Assembly: GCA_965216785.1 (NCBI GenBank)
Contig: OZ244197.1
Location: 3,054,198 to 3,118,197 of the forward strand
Reading direction: 5' to 3'
DNA: 64,000 bases
DNA from: Thermodesulfobacteriota bacterium
GTDB lineage: Bacteria; Desulfobacterota_D; UBA1144; Nemesobacterales; UBA2774
Shown: piece by piece, positions 1 to 10,099 of the stretch
How the letters are laid out: every line of letters starts with the position of its first letter
How positions within the stretch are numbered: the first letter of the stretch is position 1
Position numbers and translations under genes: made by a program
Notes under the pieces: generated by a model
The model's input: only the letters and a program-made list of their open reading frames with translations
What the model was told of the DNA's origin: nothing
The model's database searches: none

Positions 1-207
1 ACTTTTAAGAAAGTGATGGAAGACAGCAGCGCCGACTATACGCTAGTTGTTTACCCAGGTGTACAGCACAGCTTTACAAACCCGGGCGCTGATGAATACG
101 GTAAGAAGTTTGAGCTGCCGCTTGTCTATGACAAAGACGCAGACGAAAAATCTTGGGAGCAGTTCCAGGCTTTCTTGAAAACGATCTTTCAGCCCGAGAA
201 TAACTGA
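1..207 (+). CDS. Dienelactone hydrolase family protein, C-terminal part (5' truncated by the window edge)
   Basis: VYPGVQHSFTNP motif with catalytic His and YDxxADxxSW C-terminus typical of the DLH family; frame is open from the window start. Confidence 0.8.
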   Translation, partial: TFKKVMEDSSADYTLVVYPGVQHSFTNPGADEYGKKFELPLVYDKDADEKSWEQFQAFLKTIFQPENN

Positions 208-222
208 TTGAATTATAATTAT

Positions 223-253
223 GGGCGGAGGAACACACTGTGTATTTCCGCCC
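223..253. terminator. GC-rich hairpin between convergent genes, probable terminator
   Basis: GGGCGGA...TCCGCCC stem with inner ACAC/GTGT pairing, lying between stops at 207 (+) and 258 (-). Confidence 0.6.
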
Positions 254-257
254 TTCT

Positions 258-1541
258 TTATATATCCACAGATAACTGAAAACCTATGACCAGGGCGTTG
301 GGTATATCACCCGAGCCTCCGGGATGCACGACGTACTGTATGTCCGGCTGTAAATTCAGCCACTCTGTAATCTCAATTATATGCGTCGCTTCCAATAACA
401 ACTCGAAATCCTTACCACGAACATCCTCACTAACTTTGCCGTACGCAAAAGCAATTGCTGTTTTATCCCGGTCTCTTTTCCTAATTAGCCCCTTGTATAC
501 CAGACCGCCCGATAAATATAATGGGAATGTGTTAATATCCTCTTGAGGCGCATACGTGATCGCTCCCCAAGGTGTTAGGCCCTGATCCGTTGATTCGCTT
601 TCCAGGTATACCGTCTGCTCGCCGATCAGATAAAATCCGTAATTACCTTCATTATTAGTTACAGTACTGTTGACATCACCAATTTGAGTAAAGCTTAGGG
701 TGTTATAGTAAGCGCCGAATTTATATTTACCGGGTTTTCCGTTCGAGCCGCTCTTTTGATTGAGCAAATAACCTATCTCGCCGATAAATATCGCGCCGTC
801 CCCAAAAGTGAAATCCACACCGTGGGCGCTATCCCTGACAAGGTTGGGGTTTGAGTTGTAAACGCCCGCCATAACATAAACCTCATCAACCGGAGCACCC
901 CTGAGCCAAGCACCCCACGAGGCCTGAGGACTACTGAAGAAGCCCGGGATATTGATAAGAAGACTCACCGGATTCTCATTAAAAGCCAAACTAACGTAGT
1001 TGTATAATACGCTCGATGTAGCAAACTTGTCCCCCACAGCCATACGTCCGAAAGCGAAGTTTAACTTGCCTTCCAAGAGATCGGTCCTTAAAAACATCTG
1101 GTACAGTCTTACAGACTGGCCGCTGAATATACTCGATACGTTAAAAAAGTTACCTATATCCCTATTTGTCAGGCTTTTGCCCGAGGCCCATGAGCCCGAG
1201 ACAACAAACCTGGTACCACCAATATTGAGGAGCTTCTCAAGATCAAAATTGAGAAACGCGTTCAAAAGCCCCGCGTACTGAACCCCCTTCTTTTCTCCCC
1301 CTACCGGGTTACCGAGTATTGACGTGTAGTACCTCGCCGTTGGAGTAACGCCCGATTCGATTAATTTATCCCTAAAACCTCCCCACCCACCCGTCATAAA
1401 CTTTGTCGTATCAATTTGTGCGGTTGAGTTAAGGTCCCTCCCATCAGAAAGACTGTCATTACTCGTCTGAGCTGGAGCATTTGGTGTAAATAAAATCGTT
1501 AACAGTAATAATGCGAGCAGAAATTTGCGATGAGCTTTCAT
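258..1541 (-). CDS. Carbohydrate-selective porin, OprB family
   Basis: Signal peptide; TGGWGGFRxxL N-terminal motif; LQPDIQYVVHPGG C-terminal motif; beta-barrel character. Confidence 0.85.
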   Translation of the reverse strand: MKAHRKFLLALLLLTILFTPNAPAQTSNDSLSDGRDLNSTAQIDTTKFMTGGWGGFRDKLIESGVTPTARYYTSILGNPVGGEKKGVQYAGLLNAFLNFDLEKLLNIGGTRFVVSGSWASGKSLTNRDIGNFFNVSSIFSGQSVRLYQMFLRTDLLEGKLNFAFGRMAVGDKFATSSVLYNYVSLAFNENPVSLLINIPGFFSSPQASWGAWLRGAPVDEVYVMAGVYNSNPNLVRDSAHGVDFTFGDGAIFIGEIGYLLNQKSGSNGKPGKYKFGAYYNTLSFTQIGDVNSTVTNNEGNYGFYLIGEQTVYLESESTDQGLTPWGAITYAPQEDINTFPLYLSGGLVYKGLIRKRDRDKTAIAFAYGKVSEDVRGKDFELLLEATHIIEITEWLNLQPDIQYVVHPGGSGDIPNALVIGFQLSVDI

Positions 1542-1639
1542 AGTGCGCTATTCCAAAACAAATATAAAGCTGTCGATACTTGACTAAAAGAGTATTCAAA
1601 GTTAATTAGACCTGAAATTTGCTGTTAAGAAAAATATTG

Positions 1640-3346
1640 TTAGAAAATACCCCAGAAGGAATCGTGTAGATCGTACCCGGTCTCGTCCCAAAGAGCGCAA
1701 TTGGCATTCAGGTCAGAGACCGTTTTAATTTGATCCACAGGCGTTTTGAATACGAGCCTGTGGCCGTCATTACCGAACGGTGGCCATCTAACAATACCTG
1801 ATTCGGGTTTGAGTTCTTTTGCAAAGCTGGTCCAGTAATCGATCATTAAATCCGAAAGCCTGCTTTCCTGAGGGGTAAAGCTAAAGCCCTTGTTGCTAGC
1901 AGTGTGAAACACGTAGGGCAGCTCGGCTGCGTGACAGACAGTCTCTGCGCAGGCGGGGGTTTTCGGCCAATAATTAAAAGACGATACATGATTAAAAGCG
2001 TATGACCACGTATCGGGGGATGAGTGCTTTGCTGCATACTGCGTCGGACAGATGAACAGATAATCCGTAGCCACTCTTGAAATAACAGCCGTGTTATCGC
2101 CCTCAACGGGCGGATATTTCTCGTAAATTTTCTTTCGGAGCGCGTGATCGCGTATAATAAAATCCAGCATCAGTTTATAATCCAAAGATGAAAGAGCCTT
2201 CTTTTTTACTGCAGCTTTTGTGAGCTCGATGAATAACACACCCTCGTTTTTATTCGTGCCTATGATTATGGGAGTTTTAAGCTTCCCTTGTGATATAGCG
2301 CTAATAGGCTGCTCTGTGATCACCTGCCCGTCTATCACAGGAGCCCATGATAACAAGTCCACTATTCCGTGAAAGATTGTAGGCCATAATAAATTCTTTT
2401 GCGCCTGAGCGTAGAGCACAACTTCTGCGAGCTTACCCCTCATACATTTAACATCGTCCTCAGCGCATCCGAGATCATGAGTGAACCTTTTCGAGATAGC
2501 GTGCGCATCTTTTAGAGTTCTGTAAGGGATCCCAAGTGGGTTACTTTCCATTATCACGGCTCTAAACAGGCCTTTTGATGCAGGTGATGAAACCAGATGG
2601 AGTCCCGTGCTCATAGCGCCCGCGCTCTCGCCGTAAATAGTGACTTTCGATGGGTCTCCGCCAAATGCGCTTATATTTTCCTGTACCCACTTAAGCGCGA
2701 GTATCTGATCCAAAAAACCGTAATTACCGTTAATTTCCTCCCCGGTGGATTTATCCTTTAACCCGGCTAGAAACCCGAGGGCGCCGATGCGGTAGTTAAG
2801 GCTGACCACCACTACATCTCCTCTGGCTGCGGCGTATGCTCCATCGTAGGTGGGCTCAGCGCTCGATCCGTATACAAAAGCCCCTCCGTAAATAAATACC
2901 ATTACGGCCCTGGGCTCTTTAGAAGCGCTGGCCGGTGTCCAAACATTTACCGTAAGACAGTCCTCCGATTGAGGGCTAATAGCAGAACTCTGCGGGCAGG
3001 AAGGCCCGAACCGAGTCGCTTTCAAATCTCCCTCCCAGGACTTTACCGGCACAGGAGCGCGCCAGCGGTTATCCCCCGCAGTTGACTCGGCAAACGGGAT
3101 ACCCAGGTAGGCGTTTATTTTCTTTCCGGAAATAGGTGATACGACTTTACCGCATAAAATGCCTTGCTCGGTCTGAATGGTGCTTGTTCTACAATCTGGC
3201 AGACCGATCCTCTCGTAGTTTTCACTGATCAGAACCTGAGTGGACTTTTCGGGAGCAGGCTTGGAGGGAGCCTGGCGGCTTGCGCAGCTGTACATAATAA
3301 CTACTACAAGGATTACGCCTGCTAAGAATACTTTCCGCAAATTCAT
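1640..3346 (-). CDS. Type-B carboxylesterase/lipase, probable lipoprotein
   Basis: YLGIPFA, SEDCLTVNVW, GGAF oxyanion hole, GESAG nucleophile elbow, HAAEL His; lipobox-like MYSC. Confidence 0.9.
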   Translation of the reverse strand: MNLRKVFLAGVILVVVIMYSCASRQAPSKPAPEKSTQVLISENYERIGLPDCRTSTIQTEQGILCGKVVSPISGKKINAYLGIPFAESTAGDNRWRAPVPVKSWEGDLKATRFGPSCPQSSAISPQSEDCLTVNVWTPASASKEPRAVMVFIYGGAFVYGSSAEPTYDGAYAAARGDVVVVSLNYRIGALGFLAGLKDKSTGEEINGNYGFLDQILALKWVQENISAFGGDPSKVTIYGESAGAMSTGLHLVSSPASKGLFRAVIMESNPLGIPYRTLKDAHAISKRFTHDLGCAEDDVKCMRGKLAEVVLYAQAQKNLLWPTIFHGIVDLLSWAPVIDGQVITEQPISAISQGKLKTPIIIGTNKNEGVLFIELTKAAVKKKALSSLDYKLMLDFIIRDHALRKKIYEKYPPVEGDNTAVISRVATDYLFICPTQYAAKHSSPDTWSYAFNHVSSFNYWPKTPACAETVCHAAELPYVFHTASNKGFSFTPQESRLSDLMIDYWTSFAKELKPESGIVRWPPFGNDGHRLVFKTPVDQIKTVSDLNANCALWDETGYDLHDSFWGIF

Positions 3347-3363
3347 AATCTAACCGAAAAGGC

Positions 3364-4110
3364 TCACCTATGCTCGGGGTTCTCATAATCAAACCTGCAC
3401 CCCGCGTCCCACTCAGAGCGCTGGTTGCCATGCGCCGGAATACCACCCTCGTCCTTAAGCATCTTTGCCAGGTGCATAAGGTTCCAGGTCATAAAAGTGG
3501 TGTTGCGGTTAGTGAAATCATTCTCCGGTCCACCTGAGCCCGGGTCAAGGTATGAGGGCCCTGGGCCCGCCTCCCCAAGCCACCCGGCGTCTGCCTGAGG
3601 CGGTATCGTATACCCCAGGTGCTGCAGCGAATACAGTATGTTCATCGAGCAGTGCTTGGCTCCATCTTCGTTCCCGGTTATAAGACACCCGCCTACTTTG
3701 CCGTAGTCTGCGTACTGTCCGTTCTCGTTAAGTAAATGTGAGTTCGCATACAGTCTTTCGATTACCTGCGTGCATACTGAGGTCTTCTCCCCGAGCCATA
3801 TGGCAGAGCCGAGTATGAGGATATTACAAGCCTTTACCTTCTCGTAAATCATCGGCCAGTCGTCCTTATCCCATCCGTGCTCTGTCATATCGGGATAAAC
3901 TCCAAAGGCAATGTCGTAATCAATTGGCCTAAGAAGCTCGACCTCAATACCGTTTTTTTCCATAATTGTTTTGGAGATTGATATAAGCCCCTCGGTATGA
4001 GAGCGCTCGGGCGATCTCTTGAGAGTGCAGTTAAGAATTAACGCTTTTAAGTCAGAAAAATCCCACTTACTCTCCTCACACATCTTAAGCTGTTTCTCGT
4101 TAAGTTCCAT
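3364..4110 (-). CDS. Flavodoxin-like / NAD(P)H-dependent FMN reductase family protein
   Basis: NCTLKRSPxxSHT FMN loop, SAIWLGE and TGNEDGAKH motifs; GGAGG SD upstream. Confidence 0.8.
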   Translation of the reverse strand: MELNEKQLKMCEESKWDFSDLKALILNCTLKRSPERSHTEGLISISKTIMEKNGIEVELLRPIDYDIAFGVYPDMTEHGWDKDDWPMIYEKVKACNILILGSAIWLGEKTSVCTQVIERLYANSHLLNENGQYADYGKVGGCLITGNEDGAKHCSMNILYSLQHLGYTIPPQADAGWLGEAGPGPSYLDPGSGGPENDFTNRNTTFMTWNLMHLAKMLKDEGGIPAHGNQRSEWDAGCRFDYENPEHR

Positions 4111-4258
4111 TTGATTCCTCCTGTTTTTGATTAAACCTTATACCGACTACATATATCGTTTAGATAGAGATACGTTCATATTATCAAAAGAGATTCATCT
4201 TTATTAGAGCTATCAAGTAATACACTTGATTCAGACATTGTTACTATACTGCTGATTG

Positions 4259-5074
4259 TTATGTAAATATTAATGCTATGCCAATTCCTACTGCCAGGAT
4301 TATGAAGCTGAGCACAGTAACCTTTGCGATCTCAAAAGAGCTTGGCTTTTCCATATCCATGCCGCCCATCTGCATATCCCCCATGCCTTTAGCGGCATCT
4401 TCCTCCAATGCATCTTTCGGTCTCACGGTCATCATGCCGTGCTTTAAGTGATTTGAGACGAGCCACCAATTCATCGGATAGGCGGCGATGAACCCGCACA
4501 GCAGCGCCATCGACATAATGAACCAGAACGCCGGGCTGAGAGGGCTTTCACTTCCCGGAACATAAGACTTGGCGATGCTCGAGACGGGGACCATGGCGGC
4601 CATAAGGCAGTTCATCGACACGAGCTCGGGAATGAAGGTATTGTAAAGCGCTTTCCCGTACGTGCCTCCGGCGGTGTTTTTCATAAAAAGGGCCTGGAAG
4701 ATGGTCCAGCCGAATCCGAAACCCAAAACGTACTCTAATCCTATGTCGGCCAGCATGGAAAGTGAAAGCAGGCTGCCTATCACAGCGCCCGCGAGAATTC
4801 CCACTCCGTCACCCGCCACGCAGTGCATCGTAGAGCCCAGCACCTGCCGCCAGAGCACATTTACATAACGCTCATGAACCCCGGGTAACGGCTCTCTGCA
4901 GCCGAGCGCGTAGAGGAAAGCGCCGACCGGGCCCGTGTAGGCCGTAAGTAGTATGAACCCCCACTTTAGCACTTTGGATTCAGGGGTATGACGTATATCA
5001 ATCGCGACGAATATTACCGAGATAGCGGTAAGGATAAACCACAGCAACATAACACCGTTTAGCATACTCTCCAC
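4259..5074 (-). CDS. DUF4396-type Met/His-rich membrane protein
   Basis: STMHCVAGD and AYPMNWWLVxxxLKHGM motifs; several TM helices. Confidence 0.7.
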   Translation of the reverse strand: MESMLNGVMLLWFILTAISVIFVAIDIRHTPESKVLKWGFILLTAYTGPVGAFLYALGCREPLPGVHERYVNVLWRQVLGSTMHCVAGDGVGILAGAVIGSLLSLSMLADIGLEYVLGFGFGWTIFQALFMKNTAGGTYGKALYNTFIPELVSMNCLMAAMVPVSSIAKSYVPGSESPLSPAFWFIMSMALLCGFIAAYPMNWWLVSNHLKHGMMTVRPKDALEEDAAKGMGDMQMGGMDMEKPSSFEIAKVTVLSFIILAVGIGIALIFT

Positions 5075-5162
5075 CTTCCTGTTTAACTTTTACTCAGGCA
5101 CCTTGTTTAATCTATCCTAATCCTCACGGGGGAAATATTCAAGTAAATTCCTACATAGGACT

Positions 5163-6173
5163 CTAATCGAGCGGCCGCCCGATAAGCATTGATTTAAATT
5201 TTCGCCAGTCTTCTGACGATACGGACCGATCGTAGTCATAAACCTCCACGTGAGAATTCTGACTGTCCGGATCGAGCTTAATTCCCCAGAGCGGTTTTAC
5301 ACCGTTTGGCAGCGTAGAGTATCTAACGTCCCCTATTACATTCGGATACTCTGGATGTATAACCAAAAATCCTTTTGAGAAATGATTGAAGCGGAGTACG
5401 TCCTCATATTGAACGGATTCACGTTCCATTCCAGCAAAGCCCATCGCCGTGTTGAACACCTTTATTTTGCCACCTTCGTACAGACTCGGCATGCCCGAGA
5501 GTCCGGCCCTAACAGCATCGGTATAGTAATAACCGCCGGATTGATACACAGTCCGCCATACTAGAAGATTTCCGATTGAAGGATGCACCATCACTCTTTC
5601 CACCGTGTGTCCTCTGAGCGCGGCGACGTTAGAGATAAAATCCTCGGTCCTTTCTCTCTGATAATAGCCGAGAAGTAAATACAGTACTGCGAATAAGAGT
5701 GCCGCTCTAATAGTAAAAATCGATCTCTTATAATAGGCCGCTACAAACAATATGCCCAGAGTGAGGGTAAAAATAGGGTCGATTATAGAAATTAGTCTCC
5801 AGGAAATCCTAGCATCGGAAAACGGCCAGAAAAGACTCGTCCCGTAGCTCGTGCAAGAATCGAGAAAAGCGTGAGTGCCGTAACCGAGAGCCGCGTATAA
5901 GAATAATTTTCCGAAGCTTATTCGGCGCCTGAAAAATATCCACAGAACGCCTGCTGCGGCCAGACCTCCTAGTGGTATGAAAACGAGCGAGTGCGTAAAA
6001 TGGCGGTGATACTCAAAGAAAAGGAGCGGGTCTTCTGATGATCGTATAAGGATATCAATATCGGCCAATAGCCCTGAAAGGAAACCCACAATCAGAGCAA
6101 TCCGGATCTCTTTTTTATTCGAGACGCTCCCCGGAAGCGCAGCCCCGACGAGCCCTTGACTCAGTGCGTCCAT
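5163..6173 (-). CDS. Membrane-bound metal-dependent hydrolase (YdjM-like)
   Basis: MDALSQ start; DxD, HRHFTHS and THAFLDxxTSYGT motifs. Confidence 0.85.
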   Translation of the reverse strand: MDALSQGLVGAALPGSVSNKKEIRIALIVGFLSGLLADIDILIRSSEDPLLFFEYHRHFTHSLVFIPLGGLAAAGVLWIFFRRRISFGKLFLYAALGYGTHAFLDSCTSYGTSLFWPFSDARISWRLISIIDPIFTLTLGILFVAAYYKRSIFTIRAALLFAVLYLLLGYYQRERTEDFISNVAALRGHTVERVMVHPSIGNLLVWRTVYQSGGYYYTDAVRAGLSGMPSLYEGGKIKVFNTAMGFAGMERESVQYEDVLRFNHFSKGFLVIHPEYPNVIGDVRYSTLPNGVKPLWGIKLDPDSQNSHVEVYDYDRSVSSEDWRKFKSMLIGRPLD

Positions 6174-6226
6174 TCTACAACACCCTCTGCTTCTATTTTA
6201 TGACTTTCTGGCCTATTAACCTGAAT

Positions 6227-6988
6227 CTAAAGCGTAGTCCAGCCGCCGTCTATAACAAGGTCCGATCCTGTAACATAGCGCGCCTCGTCGCTTGCGAGAT
6301 ACAGAACAGCGTGCCCAACCTCAACGGCCTCCGCACGTCTGACAAGCGGGATCATCTCAGCCGCGATCTTATCGAGCTGCTCCTCTGCGTCAGGGGGATT
6401 GCCCATAAACTCGGGATCCATTTTAGTTTTTATATAACCCGGACAGACTGAGTTTACCCTTATGTGATCTCCCGCGTGATCTATCGCCATGCTCCTGGTG
6501 ATCTGTCTCACCGCGCCCTTTGTGGCGTTATACGCGACACAGTCCTCCATCCCTACCATGCCAAGGACAGAGGAGTTGTTTACGATTGCCCCTCCTCCGT
6601 GTTTTGCCATAATCGGGACGACATGTCTGCTCATCAAAAATACGCCTTTAAGATTTATATTCATCGTTTCATCCCATACTTCCATAGGCGTGGTGACAAC
6701 CGTACCAGCCTTGAAAATTCCGGCGTTGTTGAACAGTATATCGATCCTTCCGTGGTGTGAGTAGAAGTCATTCACGACCCTTTCTACGTCTTCCTCATTC
6801 GAGACGTCGCCCTGATACGCGGTAATCTTTCCGGGCCCTTTTGCTTCAGCTACGGTTTCATCGAGCCTTGATTTCGTCCTTCCCATAATTCCAACGTCTG
6901 CCCCCGACTCTGAAAACAGTAGGGCCGTAGCCTTCCCTATTCCATCGCCTCCCCCCGTGATTAATGCCGTTTTACCTTTCAGTCTCAT
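6227..6988 (-). CDS. Short-chain dehydrogenase/reductase
   Basis: TGGGDGIG, NNAG, YxxxK (YNATK), IRVNSVCPG, DGG. Confidence 0.92.
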   Translation of the reverse strand: MRLKGKTALITGGGDGIGKATALLFSESGADVGIMGRTKSRLDETVAEAKGPGKITAYQGDVSNEEDVERVVNDFYSHHGRIDILFNNAGIFKAGTVVTTPMEVWDETMNINLKGVFLMSRHVVPIMAKHGGGAIVNNSSVLGMVGMEDCVAYNATKGAVRQITRSMAIDHAGDHIRVNSVCPGYIKTKMDPEFMGNPPDAEEQLDKIAAEMIPLVRRAEAVEVGHAVLYLASDEARYVTGSDLVIDGGWTTL

Positions 6989-7154
6989 TTATTCGTCCTC
7001 CTATGTATCGAGCTTGCTGAGCTTTATTCTTTATAAAGCACGCTAGTAAATTTAAATCATACCGGGCCCGATTACCAACAATTGGGGTTATAATATTATG
7101 AAACTTGCTTCGGTATTACGAATCAAATTAAATCTTAAAGGGGAAAAACTCGAA

Positions 7155-8576
7155 ATGAAGCGACATACGATACTGAGAACATTTTATATTCTATCGATAG
7201 GCCTCCTGATTCTGATGGGCGGAGCCTCCTGTGATGAGAACAACAATATGATGTCCGATGGAGGGTCAGACAATGGAGACAAACCTCTAAACGGAGACGG
7301 CAGCCCTGAACCAACGCCAATGCCTACTCCTATGCCGACCTTCAGTCCTGTGCTCGGCTTTAAGGGCGTAGGAATTGACTATGATCCCGAGGCCAGGTGC
7401 AGCACCAACAACTGGTCGACCGATTTCCCTGTGGCGTGCAGCCCGCAGGTAGGGTTTACCTGCCCGGGAAGTGGTATGAACACACTGGATAATTGCCCGG
7501 CTTCATGTCAGACATGCTACGACAGCGACCTAGATACTATTAAAAACACACTTAGTGTAGACACGATAACCATCTACCAGCCTAACTACTACATCCTTAC
7601 AGCGGCTAAGGCCAAATCGGTAAAGGTAGTTCTCGGGCTATTTAACGACACCGTGGCGGCGCTTGCGTCAAGGCACTGCTCAAACGATATGAGTACTATG
7701 TGCGCCACGGACTCTGATTGCACAGGAGGCGGAACGTGCACGGACGACACGACGGGATGCACGTATGCGGGGTCAACTTCGGTGTGCGGGACAGCGGCGG
7801 CAGACAGCCTGCTAAACGGAGCGTGCGGAAGCACTACCCCATGGCCCGCGGCGACCTTCTGTGAATCGTCCGGAGCCTACATAACCCCGAATGCAGACTT
7901 TATATCTGACGGCACAGTGATAGGCATACAGGTCGGGAACGAGGTCTTAAGCTCGGAAGACCCGACGCTCACAAAAGACGAGGTCGTAAACGCGGCCAAG
8001 GTGCTGAAGAACGCAATTAGCAGCAACAGCCTTACTGCCATACCGATGATAGTCTCGCTCGAGGTTGGGAATGAGCAGAAGTTCTGTGAGAGTGGAGCGC
8101 CACCTGAGGGCGTTGACTTTATCGCCGCCCACCCGTACTGTGATTTTGTCGCGAGCGTCCCGCCCAGCTGGCCCGACGAGTCGGGAAATACGGCAAAAGA
8201 GGCGGCTGACATGTGCTGGACACAGGTAAAAAGCCTATTTATAGACAACGCGGTTAAGTACTGCGGCGCTGGAAATACCTATATCGGCGAGACCGGATAC
8301 AACACCGGGTGTCCAGGAGACAGCGGAGAGTCCGGCCATTTAGCAGTAACGCCTCATTTCATTGACGATTTCGTTAGTTGGAGCTGCACTAATAATACAG
8401 GCTCGTTCCTCTTCGCTTTTGTGGACGCGTGCCCCATGGCCGGATGTAAAGCGGGGTGCGACAGCACGACTGAAGCGGGTAACGGCTATTTCGGCCTTTA
8501 TCACACGGACATGTACGATACGATGGGTACTTTAACGGCAAAATACAGCCCGCTCCCAATGCTAACTTGCCCTTAA
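7155..8576 (+). CDS. Cys-rich lipoprotein with GH17-like (beta-1,3-glucanase clan GH-A) catalytic motifs
   Basis: Start chosen at ATG 7155 (AAGGGG upstream, signal peptide ending GGASC); VGNEV, HPY, IGETGY, FxFAFxD and YFGLY motifs in GH17 order; Pro/Thr linker; 25 Cys. Confidence 0.6.
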   Translation: MKRHTILRTFYILSIGLLILMGGASCDENNNMMSDGGSDNGDKPLNGDGSPEPTPMPTPMPTFSPVLGFKGVGIDYDPEARCSTNNWSTDFPVACSPQVGFTCPGSGMNTLDNCPASCQTCYDSDLDTIKNTLSVDTITIYQPNYYILTAAKAKSVKVVLGLFNDTVAALASRHCSNDMSTMCATDSDCTGGGTCTDDTTGCTYAGSTSVCGTAAADSLLNGACGSTTPWPAATFCESSGAYITPNADFISDGTVIGIQVGNEVLSSEDPTLTKDEVVNAAKVLKNAISSNSLTAIPMIVSLEVGNEQKFCESGAPPEGVDFIAAHPYCDFVASVPPSWPDESGNTAKEAADMCWTQVKSLFIDNAVKYCGAGNTYIGETGYNTGCPGDSGESGHLAVTPHFIDDFVSWSCTNNTGSFLFAFVDACPMAGCKAGCDSTTEAGNGYFGLYHTDMYDTMGTLTAKYSPLPMLTCP

Positions 8577-8590
8577 TGTATTAGGAGCAA

Positions 8591-10036
8591 TTAAATTCCC
8601 GGGCCGCACTCTATGCTCGATTCTTCGAGTCCGGGGCCGATGTGCAGCTTTTCATTGGCATCACGAAGCGCGGTCCTCAGCCCTTCTTCAATGACAGGGT
8701 GGTAGTAGGGCATTTCGAGCATCTCGGGTATACACATCCTATTCTGATTGGCCCAAGCAAGGAGGTGTCCGATGTGCTCAGCAGCGGGTCCGAACATCTC
8801 CGCTCCCAGAAATATTCCCGTTCCGTATTCCGCATAAATGTAGAGCAGTCCTTTGTTTTTATGCATGACGCGGCTGCGGCCCTGATTCTCAAACGACACC
8901 TTGCCGGTTACGAAGCAGCAGTTTGGCGTTTGCTTGAGCTCGTTATAGCTCTTTCCGGTGATCGCGATCTGGGGCTCGGTGAAAACAATAGTCAGAGGGA
9001 CAGTCCTGTGCCCGGCATGGATTTCAGGATAAGCCGCCGCGTTCTCCCCCGCTATACGGCCCTCGTCCGCAGCTTCGTGAAGAAGCGGCAAATCGTTATT
9101 CGCGTCGCCACCGATGAATATTGAGCTGTTCCCGCACTGCATAGTGTAACGGTCGAATAGCGGTATACCTCTTTCGTCAAGTTCAAGGGATGTATTCTCT
9201 AGCCCCAAATTTTGGACATTTGGAGTCCTGCCCGTAGCAGCCAGGAGATATTCAAAATTCTCAGATTTCTCTCTGCCGGACAAGTCTTTGAATTGAACTT
9301 GCACTTTGTCATCCTGTAAAGAGATTCCAAGGATCTCCGCGTCCGTATCCAGATAGAACTCATCTGCAAATGTCTTGGCCGCGTATTCAATTATCTCCGG
9401 ATGGTTGAGCGGACCGACCAATCCGAATTTGCTCAGCATCTTCGTCCTGACTCCGAGGCGGTGGAGAGCCTGCCCTAGCTCTAGGCCGATAATGCCCGCG
9501 CCGAACACTACCACCGATTCGGGTAAATCTTCCCAGTAGAAAACGTCGTCGTTCACTATGAGCCTGTCGTCTAATCCCTCGAACATTGGGAGCACCGCGG
9601 GTGTGGAGCCTGTAGCGATTACAATAGAGCCTGCTTCAACTGTAGTATGATCGTCAACCTGAAGTGTATGGTCATCAACGAATCTTGCATATCCGTCGAT
9701 CTTATCAGCGGCGTCGATGGCATCGACCGAGTCGAGCACAAACCCGACAAAGCGGTCGCGCTCACTCCTGACTCTTTTCATTACAGCGGTTCCGTCTATA
9801 GTTGGCTCACCGTTGGGATAAACTCCGAAAGCGGGGGCTTCCCTGATGGTATGAGCGGCGTCGGCTGCTGATATTAGCAGCTTACTCGGCATACACCCTA
9901 CCCTGGCGCACGTAGTGCCGTGATGCCCGCCCTCGATGATTACAGCTTTTCTACCGTGCTCTTTGGCCTTTCTAAACGCAACTAACCCAGCCGAGCCCGC
10001 GCCTATTACCGCAACGTCTGTTTTTAAATTCTTCAC
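8591..10036 (-). CDS. Dihydrolipoyl dehydrogenase-like class I pyridine nucleotide-disulfide oxidoreductase (stand-alone)
   Basis: GAGSAG FAD motif, GTTCARVGCMPSK redox disulfide, GAGIIG, YHPVIEE. Confidence 0.88.
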   Translation of the reverse strand: MKNLKTDVAVIGAGSAGLVAFRKAKEHGRKAVIIEGGHHGTTCARVGCMPSKLLISAADAAHTIREAPAFGVYPNGEPTIDGTAVMKRVRSERDRFVGFVLDSVDAIDAADKIDGYARFVDDHTLQVDDHTTVEAGSIVIATGSTPAVLPMFEGLDDRLIVNDDVFYWEDLPESVVVFGAGIIGLELGQALHRLGVRTKMLSKFGLVGPLNHPEIIEYAAKTFADEFYLDTDAEILGISLQDDKVQVQFKDLSGREKSENFEYLLAATGRTPNVQNLGLENTSLELDERGIPLFDRYTMQCGNSSIFIGGDANNDLPLLHEAADEGRIAGENAAAYPEIHAGHRTVPLTIVFTEPQIAITGKSYNELKQTPNCCFVTGKVSFENQGRSRVMHKNKGLLYIYAEYGTGIFLGAEMFGPAAEHIGHLLAWANQNRMCIPEMLEMPYYHPVIEEGLRTALRDANEKLHIGPGLEESSIECGPGI

Positions 10037-10099
10037 AATCGCCCTCTCTTATAAAAAGATATTAGTAGTTATCCCAAGTCCACATTAAAAACTTCAGAT

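Noticed and set aside
7308-7340. PEPTPMPTPMPT short repeat
   Set aside because: Ordinary Pro/Thr linker with degenerate codons, not a phase-variable tract
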